A DNA stretch of 64,000 bases. It comes from Flavobacteriaceae bacterium. Its GTDB lineage: Bacteria; Bacteroidota; Bacteroidia; Flavobacteriales; Flavobacteriaceae. Below, piece by piece: positions 1-10,973 of this stretch. The position numbers and the translations under genes are program-made. Position 1 is the first letter of the stretch, and every line of letters begins with the position of its first letter. The stretch spans positions 32,810-96,809 of the forward strand of contig JBMHCX010000016.1 of assembly GCA_049889695.1 (NCBI GenBank), in the 5' to 3' direction. Below the pieces are notes generated by a model that worked only from the letters and a program-made list of their open reading frames with translations, did not search any database and was not told where the DNA came from.

Positions 1-681
1 ATTGAACGTCAAATTAAATCTTCGTTCGGGAAAACTGTATCTATGCCGAAAGGAGCCTATTTGGTCATTGAACACACCGAAGCTCTTCATGTGATAGATG
101 TTAACAGCGGAAATCGATCCAACAAGTCTAAAGGGCAAGAAGAAACAGCTCTTGAGGTGAATATGTTGGCTGCGACTGAAATTGCCCGTCAGTTGCGACT
201 TCGAGATATGGGCGGGATTATTGTGGTCGATTTCATTGACCTCAATAAATCTGAAAATCGCAAAAAATTATTCGAGCACTTCCGGGATGAAATGGCCACT
301 GACCGTACCAAGCACAAGATCCTGCCTCCAAGCCGTTTTGGCCTGATTCAGGTAACGCGACAGCGCGTGCGACCGGTCATGAATATTAAAACCAAAGAAC
401 CCCATCCCAATGCAAATGGGGAGGTGGAAGCGCCAATTGTACTTATCGACAAAATCAATGCAGAGCTTGCTAAATTACACAAGCACCAAAAGTATCGCAA
501 CAGGAAAATTCACTTGCACATCCATCCGTTTATTGCTGCTTATTTAACCAAAGGGTTTCCATCCATCCGACTTCAATGGTTTCAGCAATACCGAAAATGG
601 ATACGAATTATCCCTGCTGATGCATTTTATTACTTGGAATATCGTTTCTACGATGAAAATCGAAAACGTCTCCGAGTTTAA
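1..681 (+). CDS. rng: Ribonuclease E/G family protein (RNase G-like), C-terminal part; the 5' end lies outside the window
   Basis: The frame is open from nt 1. The translation contains VIEHTEALHVIDVNSG, GGIIVVDFIDL and RFGLIQVTRQR, typical of the Rne/Rng catalytic core. A hairpin plus T7 terminator follows. Confidence 0.85.
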   Translation: MERQIKSSFGKTVSMPKGAYLVIEHTEALHVIDVNSGNRSNKSKGQEETALEVNMLAATEIARQLRLRDMGGIIVVDFIDLNKSENRKKLFEHFRDEMATDRTKHKILPPSRFGLIQVTRQRVRPVMNIKTKEPHPNANGEVEAPIVLIDKINAELAKLHKHQKYRNRKIHLHIHPFIAAYLTKGFPSIRLQWFQQYRKWIRIIPADAFYYLEYRFYDENRKRLRV

Positions 682-687
682 CTTCAA

Positions 688-719
688 CCGCCTTAGGCTT
701 TGCTTAAGGCGGTTTTTTT
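688..719 (+). terminator. Intrinsic terminator after rng
   Basis: CCGCCTTA (688-695) pairs with TAAGGCGG (705-712) and is followed by T7 (713-719). Confidence 0.7.
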
Positions 720-733
720 ATTTTATTTACCCC

Positions 734-1210
734 GTGAAGTCCACCTCTTACACCTATGATGAAGCCTTAGCTAAACTCGAACACTATTGTGCGTATCAGG
801 AAAGATGCCACATGGAAGTGGAGCAAAAGCTACAGTCGTTGGGAATGATTCCCCAACTCAGACAAACCATCATCACACAATTGATACAAGATAATTTTCT
901 AAATGAGACCCGTTTTTCTCAAGCTTTCACTAGAGGTAAATTCCGCATTAAAAAATGGGGGAAACTGCGCATTAAACGCGAGCTTAAAGTACGTCAGATA
1001 TCTGATTGGAATATCAATAATGCCTTAAAAGAGATCTCCCCTGAAGACTATCAGCTTACACTTCACGAGCTTTGTGAACAATTCTGGTATAAACACGCGA
1101 AGTTAGATCCGTGGAAGCGAGGTCAAAAAGTGATGCAAGCCCTTCGTTATAGAGGATGGGAAACAGACTTAATTATTGAGGCGCTCAATAGCCTTAGAAG
1201 CGATAGCTAA
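734..1210 (+). CDS. recX: Regulatory protein RecX
   Basis: YTYDEALAKLEHYCAYQERCHMEV... and KWGKLRIKRELKVRQI match the three-repeat RecX pattern. The ORF-track start at 620 overlaps rng and its terminator, so I place the start at the in-frame GTG at 734, just after the terminator. Confidence 0.75.
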   Translation: MKSTSYTYDEALAKLEHYCAYQERCHMEVEQKLQSLGMIPQLRQTIITQLIQDNFLNETRFSQAFTRGKFRIKKWGKLRIKRELKVRQISDWNINNALKEISPEDYQLTLHELCEQFWYKHAKLDPWKRGQKVMQALRYRGWETDLIIEALNSLRSDS

Positions 1211-3014
1211 GTCCCCCTACTGCGTGTCCTAAAGGCATGGGGACCAGATTCGTTTCGGTATATTCTGTGTTGAAAATATTGTAAAAACCTGCACTAAGGG
1301 TCCATTGCCCTAATTGCCAGCGGACGTTTCCATCGACTAAATGATAGGGGTCTACTAAAGCAGATTCTCGTTGGGCGAACCTGTAGTTGATTTGTGTTTG
1401 AAATTTTGACGTCCAAAAGCTTGTCCAATTGGCCGTAAAATGATGCTTTAATGAATTGATGGAATAGCGTGAAAAAGGAACTTCTGCGGCTTTCAGTTCA
1501 TCGTTTAAATAGGTATAGGCCACATCAAGTTTATTGTTAATACTGCCAAAGGCAAAATCGGTTTGAGCATCTAATTCAAGGCCCGACGTACGGAGATCCT
1601 GAATGTTATTCGCCTCCCAAAGAGCATCTGCCGTCGTTTTGGTGTAATCAATTAAGTTCTCAGAAGAGCGGATAAATATGGCGCCTCCAATTTGTATGTT
1701 TTTTCCATCCCAATTAAACCCAATTTCTCCATTCAACGCTTCTTCAGGAGCTAAATCAGCATTCCCTATAGTTGTTCTGTCGGCGTAGTAAAGGTCTGTA
1801 TAGGTCGGAATTCGGTAGGTATAGCCTACACTCGAAAAAATTTGAAACCTATTCAGGCGTAGTCCAATATCAATTCCTGGGAAGAGATGTGTGCCAAAAT
1901 CAGAAAAGTAATTTAAAGCGGCCCCTGGTGTAATGCTCAATCGGCGACTGTAGAATTCGAATCGGTGTTCGATATAAGTAGTAAGTGTATTTCGTTTTCT
2001 ATTGCCGAGGTTATTGGAAGCAATCGTAACGCGATTGACATCAATTCCCAAGCCTGTTTTTCCCCAGTCAGAAACGGTGTAGGTGTCTAGCGCAAACCCC
2101 AGTTTATTAGAAATATGGAGGTTGCGATAGATATCCGGACGATTTCTAATATATTCATACATATCTTGGTTTCTTCGCCAATACAGACGTGGTTTAAACA
2201 CCCAGTCGGACGATTGCCAACGGCTAGTAAGTGCAACCAAACTTCCTTGTGTTTCTTCATACTGATCGATCGCTGCAGGACTTGCATAAAATCCATTGGC
2301 TCCAAACTGGCGACTTTGAAAGCTCGCGATTAATTGGACGGGCTTTTGGTTGAACTGTCCATTGCCCTTGAGAAATAGGTTGTGATTTGTAAAGTCTGTA
2401 TTGTAGCGGTAGCCATCTGACCGGCGGTGAGAATACTGTGTTATCCACCCACTATCGGGGGTACCATTGGCTAATAACACTCTGTAGTGCTGTTGTTCAA
2501 AAGCACCGTATTCAGTTTCAACTTCTTGGATAGTACTTTCCGGATTCTTGGTAACCAAATTAATGGCTCCGGTAAATGCATTAGCACCGTATATTCGAGC
2601 GGCAGGGCCTTTGAGAATTTCAATCCTTTCCAACACTTCTAGTGGTAGAGCCAAATTTAGCGTATGATGTCCCGTCTGAGGGTCATCTACACGGACCCCA
2701 TCAATAAGGAGTAGTGTCTGATCAAAAGAGCCTCCTCGGATATACAAATCAGCTTGCATCCCTTGAATACCTCTTCTACGAATATCTATTCCGGCAACAT
2801 TTTGCAATAATTCCGCTAGGGATTGTGCACCACTTTGCTGAATATCTTCTTTGGATACGATGCTGATGTTTCGAGCATCATCGGAAAAAGGGATTTCTAT
2901 TCGACTACTTTGTAGAATAACTTCGTTGAGAACAGAGGTAACCTGTCTGGTTTCGACAGCATAACCCAACATCATTTGTAGCCCTAAAAGGCCACTTAAA
3001 ATCATTTTTTGCAT
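1194..3014 (-). CDS. TonB-dependent receptor (BtuB-like plug plus beta-barrel)
   Basis: Signal peptide MQKMILSGLLGLQMMLGYA. Plug motifs are IDIRRRG, ADLYIRGGSFDQTLLLIDGVRVDDPQTGHH and ERIEILKGPAARIYGANAF. C-terminal aromatic YRF. The start is trimmed to ATG 3014 so it does not overlap atpC. Confidence 0.85.
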   Translation of the reverse strand: MQKMILSGLLGLQMMLGYAVETRQVTSVLNEVILQSSRIEIPFSDDARNISIVSKEDIQQSGAQSLAELLQNVAGIDIRRRGIQGMQADLYIRGGSFDQTLLLIDGVRVDDPQTGHHTLNLALPLEVLERIEILKGPAARIYGANAFTGAINLVTKNPESTIQEVETEYGAFEQQHYRVLLANGTPDSGWITQYSHRRSDGYRYNTDFTNHNLFLKGNGQFNQKPVQLIASFQSRQFGANGFYASPAAIDQYEETQGSLVALTSRWQSSDWVFKPRLYWRRNQDMYEYIRNRPDIYRNLHISNKLGFALDTYTVSDWGKTGLGIDVNRVTIASNNLGNRKRNTLTTYIEHRFEFYSRRLSITPGAALNYFSDFGTHLFPGIDIGLRLNRFQIFSSVGYTYRIPTYTDLYYADRTTIGNADLAPEEALNGEIGFNWDGKNIQIGGAIFIRSSENLIDYTKTTADALWEANNIQDLRTSGLELDAQTDFAFGSINNKLDVAYTYLNDELKAAEVPFSRYSINSLKHHFTANWTSFWTSKFQTQINYRFAQRESALVDPYHLVDGNVRWQLGQWTLSAGFYNIFNTEYTETNLVPMPLGHAVGGLSYRF

Positions 3015-3063
3015 GGGTATTCGCTTTAAACGTTTATATCCACGTACGTACGCCTCACTAAAC

Positions 3064-3345
3064 TTAGGCGTCTGCCAAAAGAATAAGTTTATTGTTTTGA
3101 AGCTCGACCGTCCCACCAGTGATAGTAAAACGCACTCTTGACGCATCCTGTTGTTGGAATATAGCCTGTTGCTCTTCTGACAACTCTAGTGCTCCTTCAA
3201 TCACAACATCTCCCTGTTTGAGGGTAGAAACGATAGGAGCATGATTATTGAGTATCTGAAAAATACCAGCTGACCCAGGAACGGTAACTGAATCTACTTC
3301 ACCCTGAAAAAGCGTAGCCTCTGGGGAAACAATTTCTAAATACAT
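3064..3345 (-). CDS. atpC: F0F1 ATP synthase subunit epsilon
   Basis: 93 aa, MYLEIVSPE..LFQGEVDSVTVPGSAGIFQILNNHAPIVS, lying directly downstream of atpD. Confidence 0.9.
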   Translation of the reverse strand: MYLEIVSPEATLFQGEVDSVTVPGSAGIFQILNNHAPIVSTLKQGDVVIEGALELSEEQQAIFQQQDASRVRFTITGGTVELQNNKLILLADA

Positions 3346-3348
3346 ATT

Positions 3349-4932
<1,584 letters not shown>

Positions 4933-4950
4933 CTACTTTTTTTAAGGGAC

Positions 4951-4976
4951 AAAAAAAGGGAGCTTTTAGCTCCCTT
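4951..4976 (-). terminator. Intrinsic terminator after the 964-aa TonB-dependent receptor gene
   Basis: GGGAGCT/AGCTCCC hairpin (4958-4974) followed on the minus strand by T7 (A7 at 4951-4957 on plus). Confidence 0.7.
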
Positions 4977-5000
4977 AATTTTTAATAATCGTCAGTTTTT

Positions 5001-7895
5001 TTAGGGTTGGAAAGTCAATCCTACAAAATAAGTCGATCCTATAAGTCCTGCACCAGGGCCTGAATTATATTCTTCTCCTAAGATGTTTGATCCTCCAACT
5101 TTCACCGACAGTTTGTTGAGATTGTAGGTGAGTTGAGCATCCAGCAAGTTTCGCTCAGGTACCATTCCGTCCGCGAATGAAGCTTCCCATAAGTAAGAGT
5201 CTATGTGGCGGAAATTTAATCCAAAGCCAACATTCTTAAAGAGGTCTTCTTTTCCTAATGAAAGCTTGTAAGTATTTTCAGGTGTATTAAAACCAGCTTC
5301 AAAGTCTGCATCCTGAGATTGGTCGAACTCAAATTCCGCATGTGTAATACTTAAACCAACGTCAAATCCTTTGATGGTAGTATCTAAACCAACATTGAAT
5401 CCACTAGATTTTACTTCAGCCGAAGTATTTGCTGTGATTGAATAAATAGTAAAATCTCCGTTTCCTAAAGCAGCTAAACTTGCTGGCACTGGTGTAGCCG
5501 CGAGAACTCCAGCAGGAATGTGGTTCGCTGTGTCAGCGAGATTAACACTTCCATAGTGAGGAGTGATGACATTATTAGCTGAAATGAAATTTTTGTATTC
5601 ATTCATGTAGTAGCTAGCATCTACATAAAATGGACCAATTTTTCCACGGTACCCAATTTCATAAGCAGTAACTTCTTCTGGCTTGATTTCTGCAACAGTA
5701 GCCTTTTGAAGTAGCGTAGGATTAGCTGCTCCACCTGCAACAAATGCTTGTACTGATGTTGCCGTAAACGAATTGTCACGAACATTTACACCAGAGAGGG
5801 TATTAAATACGTTTATAGTCGGCACTAACTGAAACAATGGAGCCATTGCCGCAGTAACCGTTCTAGTCGTCGATCTAAATCGGTCAAAGTTGTCGGGTGC
5901 AGCTCCTAAGAGTGTTCCAATAGGGGTTTCTAAACCAATGTATTGATTTTGTGTTGTTGGATATCTGAAACCTGTCTGAAAAGATAAACGGAAGTTGTGG
6001 TTACGCGCTTCGTCTGGTGTCCAAACAAAAGAAACACGGGGAGAGTAATTCCCATCAAAGTTTTGGGCACCGTCATAGCGAATAGATCCTGTAAATTTCA
6101 AGTGATCGCCAAAGTTTCTTTGGGCCTGAACATATACACCGTATTCTGAAAAATCAATCTTACTTTCACGATCTGTAAATATACTTCCCTCTGAATTCAA
6201 GTTATAAGTTCTGTAAGAACCCCCAATCTGGAATTCTGCTAAACCAATCGCATCACCAAAGTTGTAATTTGCATCGAAGTGAGTCAATGATGTGTTATCC
6301 GTGAACTTCGATCCGTCATAAAGGGGAGTTGAAGTAATCGTATCAAAAGCTGTGTTAAAGGCAGCACTTCCAACAGCTGGAAGTGTAGCATTTGCCGCGG
6401 CATAGGCAGCAGCATGAGCTTGGTCACCTGTTCCTCCCTGAGCTCTAGCGCCAATGTAAGTCCCTGCATACATCCCAAACCAATCCTCAGCAAAAGCCTG
6501 CGATAATTTGATTCCAGTATTCACTGCATCGTATGCATTCCCAGAATCCTCTGAAGTAGTATATCCTCTTACAAAGAAATTTTTCCCTCTAAGTTCAAGT
6601 TTATGTTGTTGCATAGAGAAGTCTTTGAGGATATATCGGCTGGCTCCTTGATAAATAGAATTACCCATTCCTAATTTTGACACCAAGCTTAGTTCTGTAT
6701 TCTCTGAAAGCTTAAAGTGGATAGAAGCATCTACTTTAGTACTTGTCGCATCTCCATTGTAGAGTTGTTGTTCAGAATAACCAGGCATAGATACATTTAC
6801 GCCTGCCGCAAGCGGTAGTGCAGGAGCAAGAGCAGCCGGTAGGAGACCTCTTTGAATCAAAGCTCCTCCGAAGGTTGCTACATCCAAGTTCGCCACGCCT
6901 AGAGCAGCTTCTCCGAGCGCTTGAAGGGTAACTTCATCTCCATATAGATTTAAACCGTTGAAAACTGTCTGGTTCCGACGAGAAGTCAATGCATCTGCGA
7001 CACCAGCTCCTCGGTCTTCATACTGACGGAAGTCTGTAGCCGCCCATTCTTTTCCCTGATAATGAGAAACATTAAACTTTACTGCAAATTTGTCGCTAAG
7101 CTTAAAGGCCGCACGAACAGCAACATCGTAATAAGTATTATCCCCATTATTGGAAGATGAGTTGATCCCTGTTTTAGCATATGCGCTCACTCCAGGACTA
7201 TCAAAAGGACTCTTAGAACGCATGAATAAGATACCGTTGAATGCATTTGCCCCGTATAGAGCCGAAGAAGCTCCAGGAAGTAATTCCAAAGAAGCAACGT
7301 CTAATTGATTCAATCCTAAGAGGTTACCTACGGCAAAGTTTAATCCAGGTGCCGCATTGTCCATCCCATCCACAAGTTGTAGGAAACGGGTGTTCGCAAA
7401 AGAGGCAAACCCACGAGTATTTACTGAAGCAAATCCTATAGCAGAATAGTTAACATCTACTCCTTTAAGATTTTCTAGAGACGTATAAAAGTCAGGAGAT
7501 GTAGCGTTTTGAATGTCTTTTAAGCTTAAGCGCTCAACAGAAACTGGCGATTCTGCAATACGCTCAGGCGTTCTAGAAGCCGCAATAATAATTTCTTCAA
7601 GTTCGTTTTGCGCTTCCGTTAAAACAATGTTTAAGGCAGCATCGGCAGAAGTTACTTGAACTTCCTGCGTTTCAAAACCTACGGAACTTACTTTAATCGT
7701 AAAAGGTAGGGCAGAAGCTGTAGTAAAACTAAAGTTACCGTCAAAATCTGTCACCACACCTTCACCTTCCTGAATAAGCACGTTGGCTCCAGGAATAGGC
7801 TGGTTGTTGTTGTCATTAACTGTTCCTTTAATGGTCGTCTGAGCAAAAGCTAGCGTCACCGAAAAAACAGCTAAAAGTGTCCATAATTTTTTCAT
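5001..7895 (-). CDS. TonB-dependent receptor with N-terminal carboxypeptidase-regulatory-like domain
   Basis: Signal peptide ending AFAQ. TIKGTVNDNNNQPIPGANVLI..DFDGNFSF is the CarbopepD_reg-like domain, followed by a plug (ELLPGASSALYGANAFNGILFM) and a long beta-barrel ending in F-x-P. No SusD-like partner gene is adjacent. Confidence 0.85.
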   Translation of the reverse strand: MKKLWTLLAVFSVTLAFAQTTIKGTVNDNNNQPIPGANVLIQEGEGVVTDFDGNFSFTTASALPFTIKVSSVGFETQEVQVTSADAALNIVLTEAQNELEEIIIAASRTPERIAESPVSVERLSLKDIQNATSPDFYTSLENLKGVDVNYSAIGFASVNTRGFASFANTRFLQLVDGMDNAAPGLNFAVGNLLGLNQLDVASLELLPGASSALYGANAFNGILFMRSKSPFDSPGVSAYAKTGINSSSNNGDNTYYDVAVRAAFKLSDKFAVKFNVSHYQGKEWAATDFRQYEDRGAGVADALTSRRNQTVFNGLNLYGDEVTLQALGEAALGVANLDVATFGGALIQRGLLPAALAPALPLAAGVNVSMPGYSEQQLYNGDATSTKVDASIHFKLSENTELSLVSKLGMGNSIYQGASRYILKDFSMQQHKLELRGKNFFVRGYTTSEDSGNAYDAVNTGIKLSQAFAEDWFGMYAGTYIGARAQGGTGDQAHAAAYAAANATLPAVGSAAFNTAFDTITSTPLYDGSKFTDNTSLTHFDANYNFGDAIGLAEFQIGGSYRTYNLNSEGSIFTDRESKIDFSEYGVYVQAQRNFGDHLKFTGSIRYDGAQNFDGNYSPRVSFVWTPDEARNHNFRLSFQTGFRYPTTQNQYIGLETPIGTLLGAAPDNFDRFRSTTRTVTAAMAPLFQLVPTINVFNTLSGVNVRDNSFTATSVQAFVAGGAANPTLLQKATVAEIKPEEVTAYEIGYRGKIGPFYVDASYYMNEYKNFISANNVITPHYGSVNLADTANHIPAGVLAATPVPASLAALGNGDFTIYSITANTSAEVKSSGFNVGLDTTIKGFDVGLSITHAEFEFDQSQDADFEAGFNTPENTYKLSLGKEDLFKNVGFGLNFRHIDSYLWEASFADGMVPERNLLDAQLTYNLNKLSVKVGGSNILGEEYNSGPGAGLIGSTYFVGLTFQP

Positions 7896-7971
7896 GTGAT
7901 TTTTGTTTCTATGTATTTAAGAATCGTAAATATAGTTAATTTGTTAAACAATAGTTAAACCCATAGCCAGT

Positions 7972-8874
7972 TTGAAACCAAATTTTGATCAAGTATTAAT
8001 TCATTTTGATGCCAACCAACAGTCAGGACTCTATTGGATCTTGGCATTTATAATGTTTGGAGTAGCTCTTCAAATTCGTCTGGAGGACTTTAAACTATTG
8101 TGGATCCAACAAAAAAGCGTGTGGGCAGGATTGCTGAGTCAGTTTGTTCTTTTGCCCTTGCTCACCTTTGTTTTAGTTCGTTTAACGGAACCTCATCCTA
8201 GCCTTGCCTTGGGGATGTTCTTAGTTGCGGCATGCCCCGGTGGGAATATTTCAAATTTTATGAGCGCTCATGCGCAAGCCAACATTCCTCTTTCTGTTAG
8301 TTTAACGGCTTTTTCATCAGGGCTGGCCGTCTTTCTTACACCGTTGAATTTTATGTTTTACGCCTCTTTATACGAGCCCACAGCACTCCTGCTAACCAGT
8401 ATTCATGTAGATGGAAAAGAGCTTTTAAAACTGCAAGTCTTAATGCTCGTTTTACCCTTGTTTATAGGAATGTACCTCGCTCACAAATTCCACTCCATTG
8501 CCAAAAGCCTTGCGCGGGTTGTACATCCTTTATCCTTGGGAATTTTTATCCTGTTGGTGTCGGTCGCTTTTTGGAATAATCGAGAGTTGTTTCTCGAGCA
8601 CTTTGAAGTGTTTTTCTTCTGGGTGTTGGTCCACAATGCGATAGCTTTGTGTAGTGGCTACGGCCTTGGTTTAGGCTTTGGATTAGATAAAAACAGTTGT
8701 CGTACATTGGCTATAGAAACGGGCATTCAAAATTCGGGATTGGGACTAGTCATCGTTTTTTCGTTCTTTAGTCAATTAGGGGGAATGGCCATGATAACTG
8801 CCTGGTGGGGGATTTGGCACATCATTTCTGGTCTTGCTATTTCCACTAATTTTAGATATCGACCGCTTCGCTGA
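7972..8874 (+). CDS. Bile acid:sodium symporter (BASS) family transporter
   Basis: Polytopic membrane protein with VAACPGGNISNFMS and ETGIQNSGLGL motifs. The TTG start is uncertain. Confidence 0.75.
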   Translation: MKPNFDQVLIHFDANQQSGLYWILAFIMFGVALQIRLEDFKLLWIQQKSVWAGLLSQFVLLPLLTFVLVRLTEPHPSLALGMFLVAACPGGNISNFMSAHAQANIPLSVSLTAFSSGLAVFLTPLNFMFYASLYEPTALLLTSIHVDGKELLKLQVLMLVLPLFIGMYLAHKFHSIAKSLARVVHPLSLGIFILLVSVAFWNNRELFLEHFEVFFFWVLVHNAIALCSGYGLGLGFGLDKNSCRTLAIETGIQNSGLGLVIVFSFFSQLGGMAMITAWWGIWHIISGLAISTNFRYRPLR

Positions 8875-8880
8875 TTATTT

Positions 8881-9903
8881 ATGACGTACCGCATATTTAG
8901 ATTCTTCTTCCGTCTTTATTTTCGCATTTATTTTGGGAAAATACAGGTGTTTGGTGCAGATAAAATTCCCCCAAATGCTGGGGTGTTACTGAGTCCCAAT
9001 CATCAGAATGCTCTGATTGACCCGCTTGTTATTGCCGTATGTCTGCAACAGCCGATTTATTTTTTTACCCGTGGGGATGTTTTCGTCCCATTAGTCAAGG
9101 GTCTATTTAAGCGTTTGCAATTACTTCCAGTTTATCGCATCCGCAATGGCTTTTCCAGCTTAAAAAAAAATAAAGACACCTTCGCGCGTGGAGCACAACT
9201 GTTATCCGGAGGGGAAAAGGTGGTTATGTTTTCTGAAGGTCTACATCATTTAGAACACTACCTATATCCAATTTCCAAGGGGAGCAGTCGTTTTGTATTG
9301 GAGGCCCAGCAAAAAACTAGCCGCCCCATATTCATGCTCCCTGTCGGCATCAATTATAGTCATCCTCATCGTGCTGGCGCTGCGATTCACCTTGTTTTTG
9401 GCGATCCAATAGCAGTTCCGAAGGAATCTACTCAACCACCTATAAGCCCTCAACGGATAAGATCCCTAAAGGAAGATTTGGAAGAGAAGATGCGCCAATG
9501 TTTATGGATTCCAGAAAAGTCGGAGGATTATCCTCTACAACTTCGACAATTAACCTATGCGTTGACGCGTAAATCTTTTGATGAGGTGAGGGGTTTGTTA
9601 CAATATCCTTCAAAAGAGCTTCCAAAAAAGAGTCGAATATTCCCCATCGTAAAGTTTTTTGCGTGGATGAACTATCCTCCCGCTCTGTGGCTCAATAGGC
9701 AATGTCGTCAGTTGAAAGACCCCGTTTTTGAGGGAACTACACGACTAGCAGGGAGTCTTGTAGTCTATCCCATCTGGTGGTTTTCGACAGGACTTTTGGT
9801 TCATTATTTCTACGGTTTTAAGACAGCAATAATAACGGCAGCAACCTTTGTATTAGCAAAACACATAGAAAATAAAATCAACATAAGAAAAGCAAATAAT
9901 TAA
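8881..9903 (+). CDS. Lysophospholipid (1-acyl-sn-glycerol-3-phosphate) acyltransferase family protein with a C-terminal membrane extension
   Basis: HX4D motif (NHQNALID) and the FSEG block of PlsC-type acyltransferases. Confidence 0.7.
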   Translation: MTYRIFRFFFRLYFRIYFGKIQVFGADKIPPNAGVLLSPNHQNALIDPLVIAVCLQQPIYFFTRGDVFVPLVKGLFKRLQLLPVYRIRNGFSSLKKNKDTFARGAQLLSGGEKVVMFSEGLHHLEHYLYPISKGSSRFVLEAQQKTSRPIFMLPVGINYSHPHRAGAAIHLVFGDPIAVPKESTQPPISPQRIRSLKEDLEEKMRQCLWIPEKSEDYPLQLRQLTYALTRKSFDEVRGLLQYPSKELPKKSRIFPIVKFFAWMNYPPALWLNRQCRQLKDPVFEGTTRLAGSLVVYPIWWFSTGLLVHYFYGFKTAIITAATFVLAKHIENKINIRKANN

Positions 9904-9990
9904 AGTGTCTGCACCTTTTTATAGAGGATGAATACTCGCTCTTAGAGGAGTTTGGTTTGTAGCAGACCGGCTTATAATGGTAGTTTGAAT

Positions 9991-9998
9991 TACATTTG
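9991..9998 (+). promoter_or_regulatory. Candidate -7 box TAcaTTTG for ypdA
   Basis: TACATTTG ends 6 nt before ATG 10005, which would give a leaderless or near-leaderless mRNA. Confidence 0.35.
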
Positions 9999-10004
9999 TA
10001 GTCT

Positions 10005-10973
10005 ATGAAAGATGTAATCATTATCGGAGCAGGACCAATAGGTCTGGCGTGTGGAATTGAAGCTCAGCAAAAAGGGCTGGATTATTTAATCTTAGAAAAA
10101 GGTCTTTTGGTCAATTCAATTTTTCACTACCCTCGCAACATGACCTTCTTTTCGACTTCCGACCATCTGGAAATAGGAAATGTTCCATTTATTTCACATC
10201 AGCCAAAACCAACACGTAGCGAAGCCTTAGAATATTACAGGAGAGTTTGTCAACACTATCAGTTGGCACTGAAGCTATATGAAGGGGTTGAAGAAATTAT
10301 CCCGGAGAAGTCAGGTTTTTTCGTTCGAACCGCCAAGGATTCCTATCGCGCTAAAAATATTGTCATTGCTTCAGGATTTTACGATCGCCCTTATTTGTTG
10401 AATGTTCCTGGCGAAGATTTACCCAAAGTGAAACACTATTACGATGAGCCTCATCCTTATTTTCACATGGATGTGGTCGTGGTGGGGGCGGCAAATTCAG
10501 CGGTCGATGTGGCATTGGAAACCTATCGCAAAGGGGCCAAAAGTGTCACCATGATTATTCGAGAATCAGAGATCGGAAAAAACGTCAAATATTGGGCTCG
10601 TCCAGATATTGTTAACCGTATTCAAGAAGGGAGTATACAAGCCTATTTCAATGCTGAAATCGATCAAATATTTCCGGATCGTGTAGCATTTACGACCCCT
10701 CAGGGGCAACAAACGATCCCGAACGATTTTGTTTTAGCCATGACAGGGTATCAGCCGCATTTCCAAATGCTCGAAAGTTTATCAGTTCAATTTCAGGAGG
10801 ATGCCTACCGAACACCCATCTACGATACCCAAACCATGGAGTCCACGACTGCGGGTGTCTACTTAGCTGGAGTTGTGTGTGGAGGGTTAAAAACGAACAA
10901 GTGGTTTATTGAAAATTCGAGAGAACACGCCCCGAAGATTATCGACCATATTGCACAAAAAATATCAGATTAG
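10005..10973 (+). CDS. ypdA: YpdA-family FAD-dependent pyridine nucleotide-disulfide oxidoreductase (putative bacillithiol disulfide reductase)
   Basis: N-terminal IIIGAGPIGLACG Rossmann motif, a second GAANSAVD dinucleotide motif, and a YpdA-like HYPRNMTFFST block. Confidence 0.75.
   Translation: MKDVIIIGAGPIGLACGIEAQQKGLDYLILEKGLLVNSIFHYPRNMTFFSTSDHLEIGNVPFISHQPKPTRSEALEYYRRVCQHYQLALKLYEGVEEIIPEKSGFFVRTAKDSYRAKNIVIASGFYDRPYLLNVPGEDLPKVKHYYDEPHPYFHMDVVVVGAANSAVDVALETYRKGAKSVTMIIRESEIGKNVKYWARPDIVNRIQEGSIQAYFNAEIDQIFPDRVAFTTPQGQQTIPNDFVLAMTGYQPHFQMLESLSVQFQEDAYRTPIYDTQTMESTTAGVYLAGVVCGGLKTNKWFIENSREHAPKIIDHIAQKISD

Noticed and set aside
620-733. The 5' extension of the recX ORF overlaps the rng 3' end.
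   Set aside because: The extension covers the rng terminator hairpin and has no RecX-like sequence. The in-frame GTG at 734 is a better start.
3015-3063. A cobalamin riboswitch upstream of the BtuB-like receptor.
   Set aside because: Only 49 nt are available, and no B12-box-like sequence is present.
9162-9170. An A9 run lies inside the acyltransferase gene, and a T9 run at 55871-55879 lies inside the hydrolase gene.
   Set aside because: Both encode Lys-rich stretches in frame. There is no evidence of frameshifting and the ORFs are intact.
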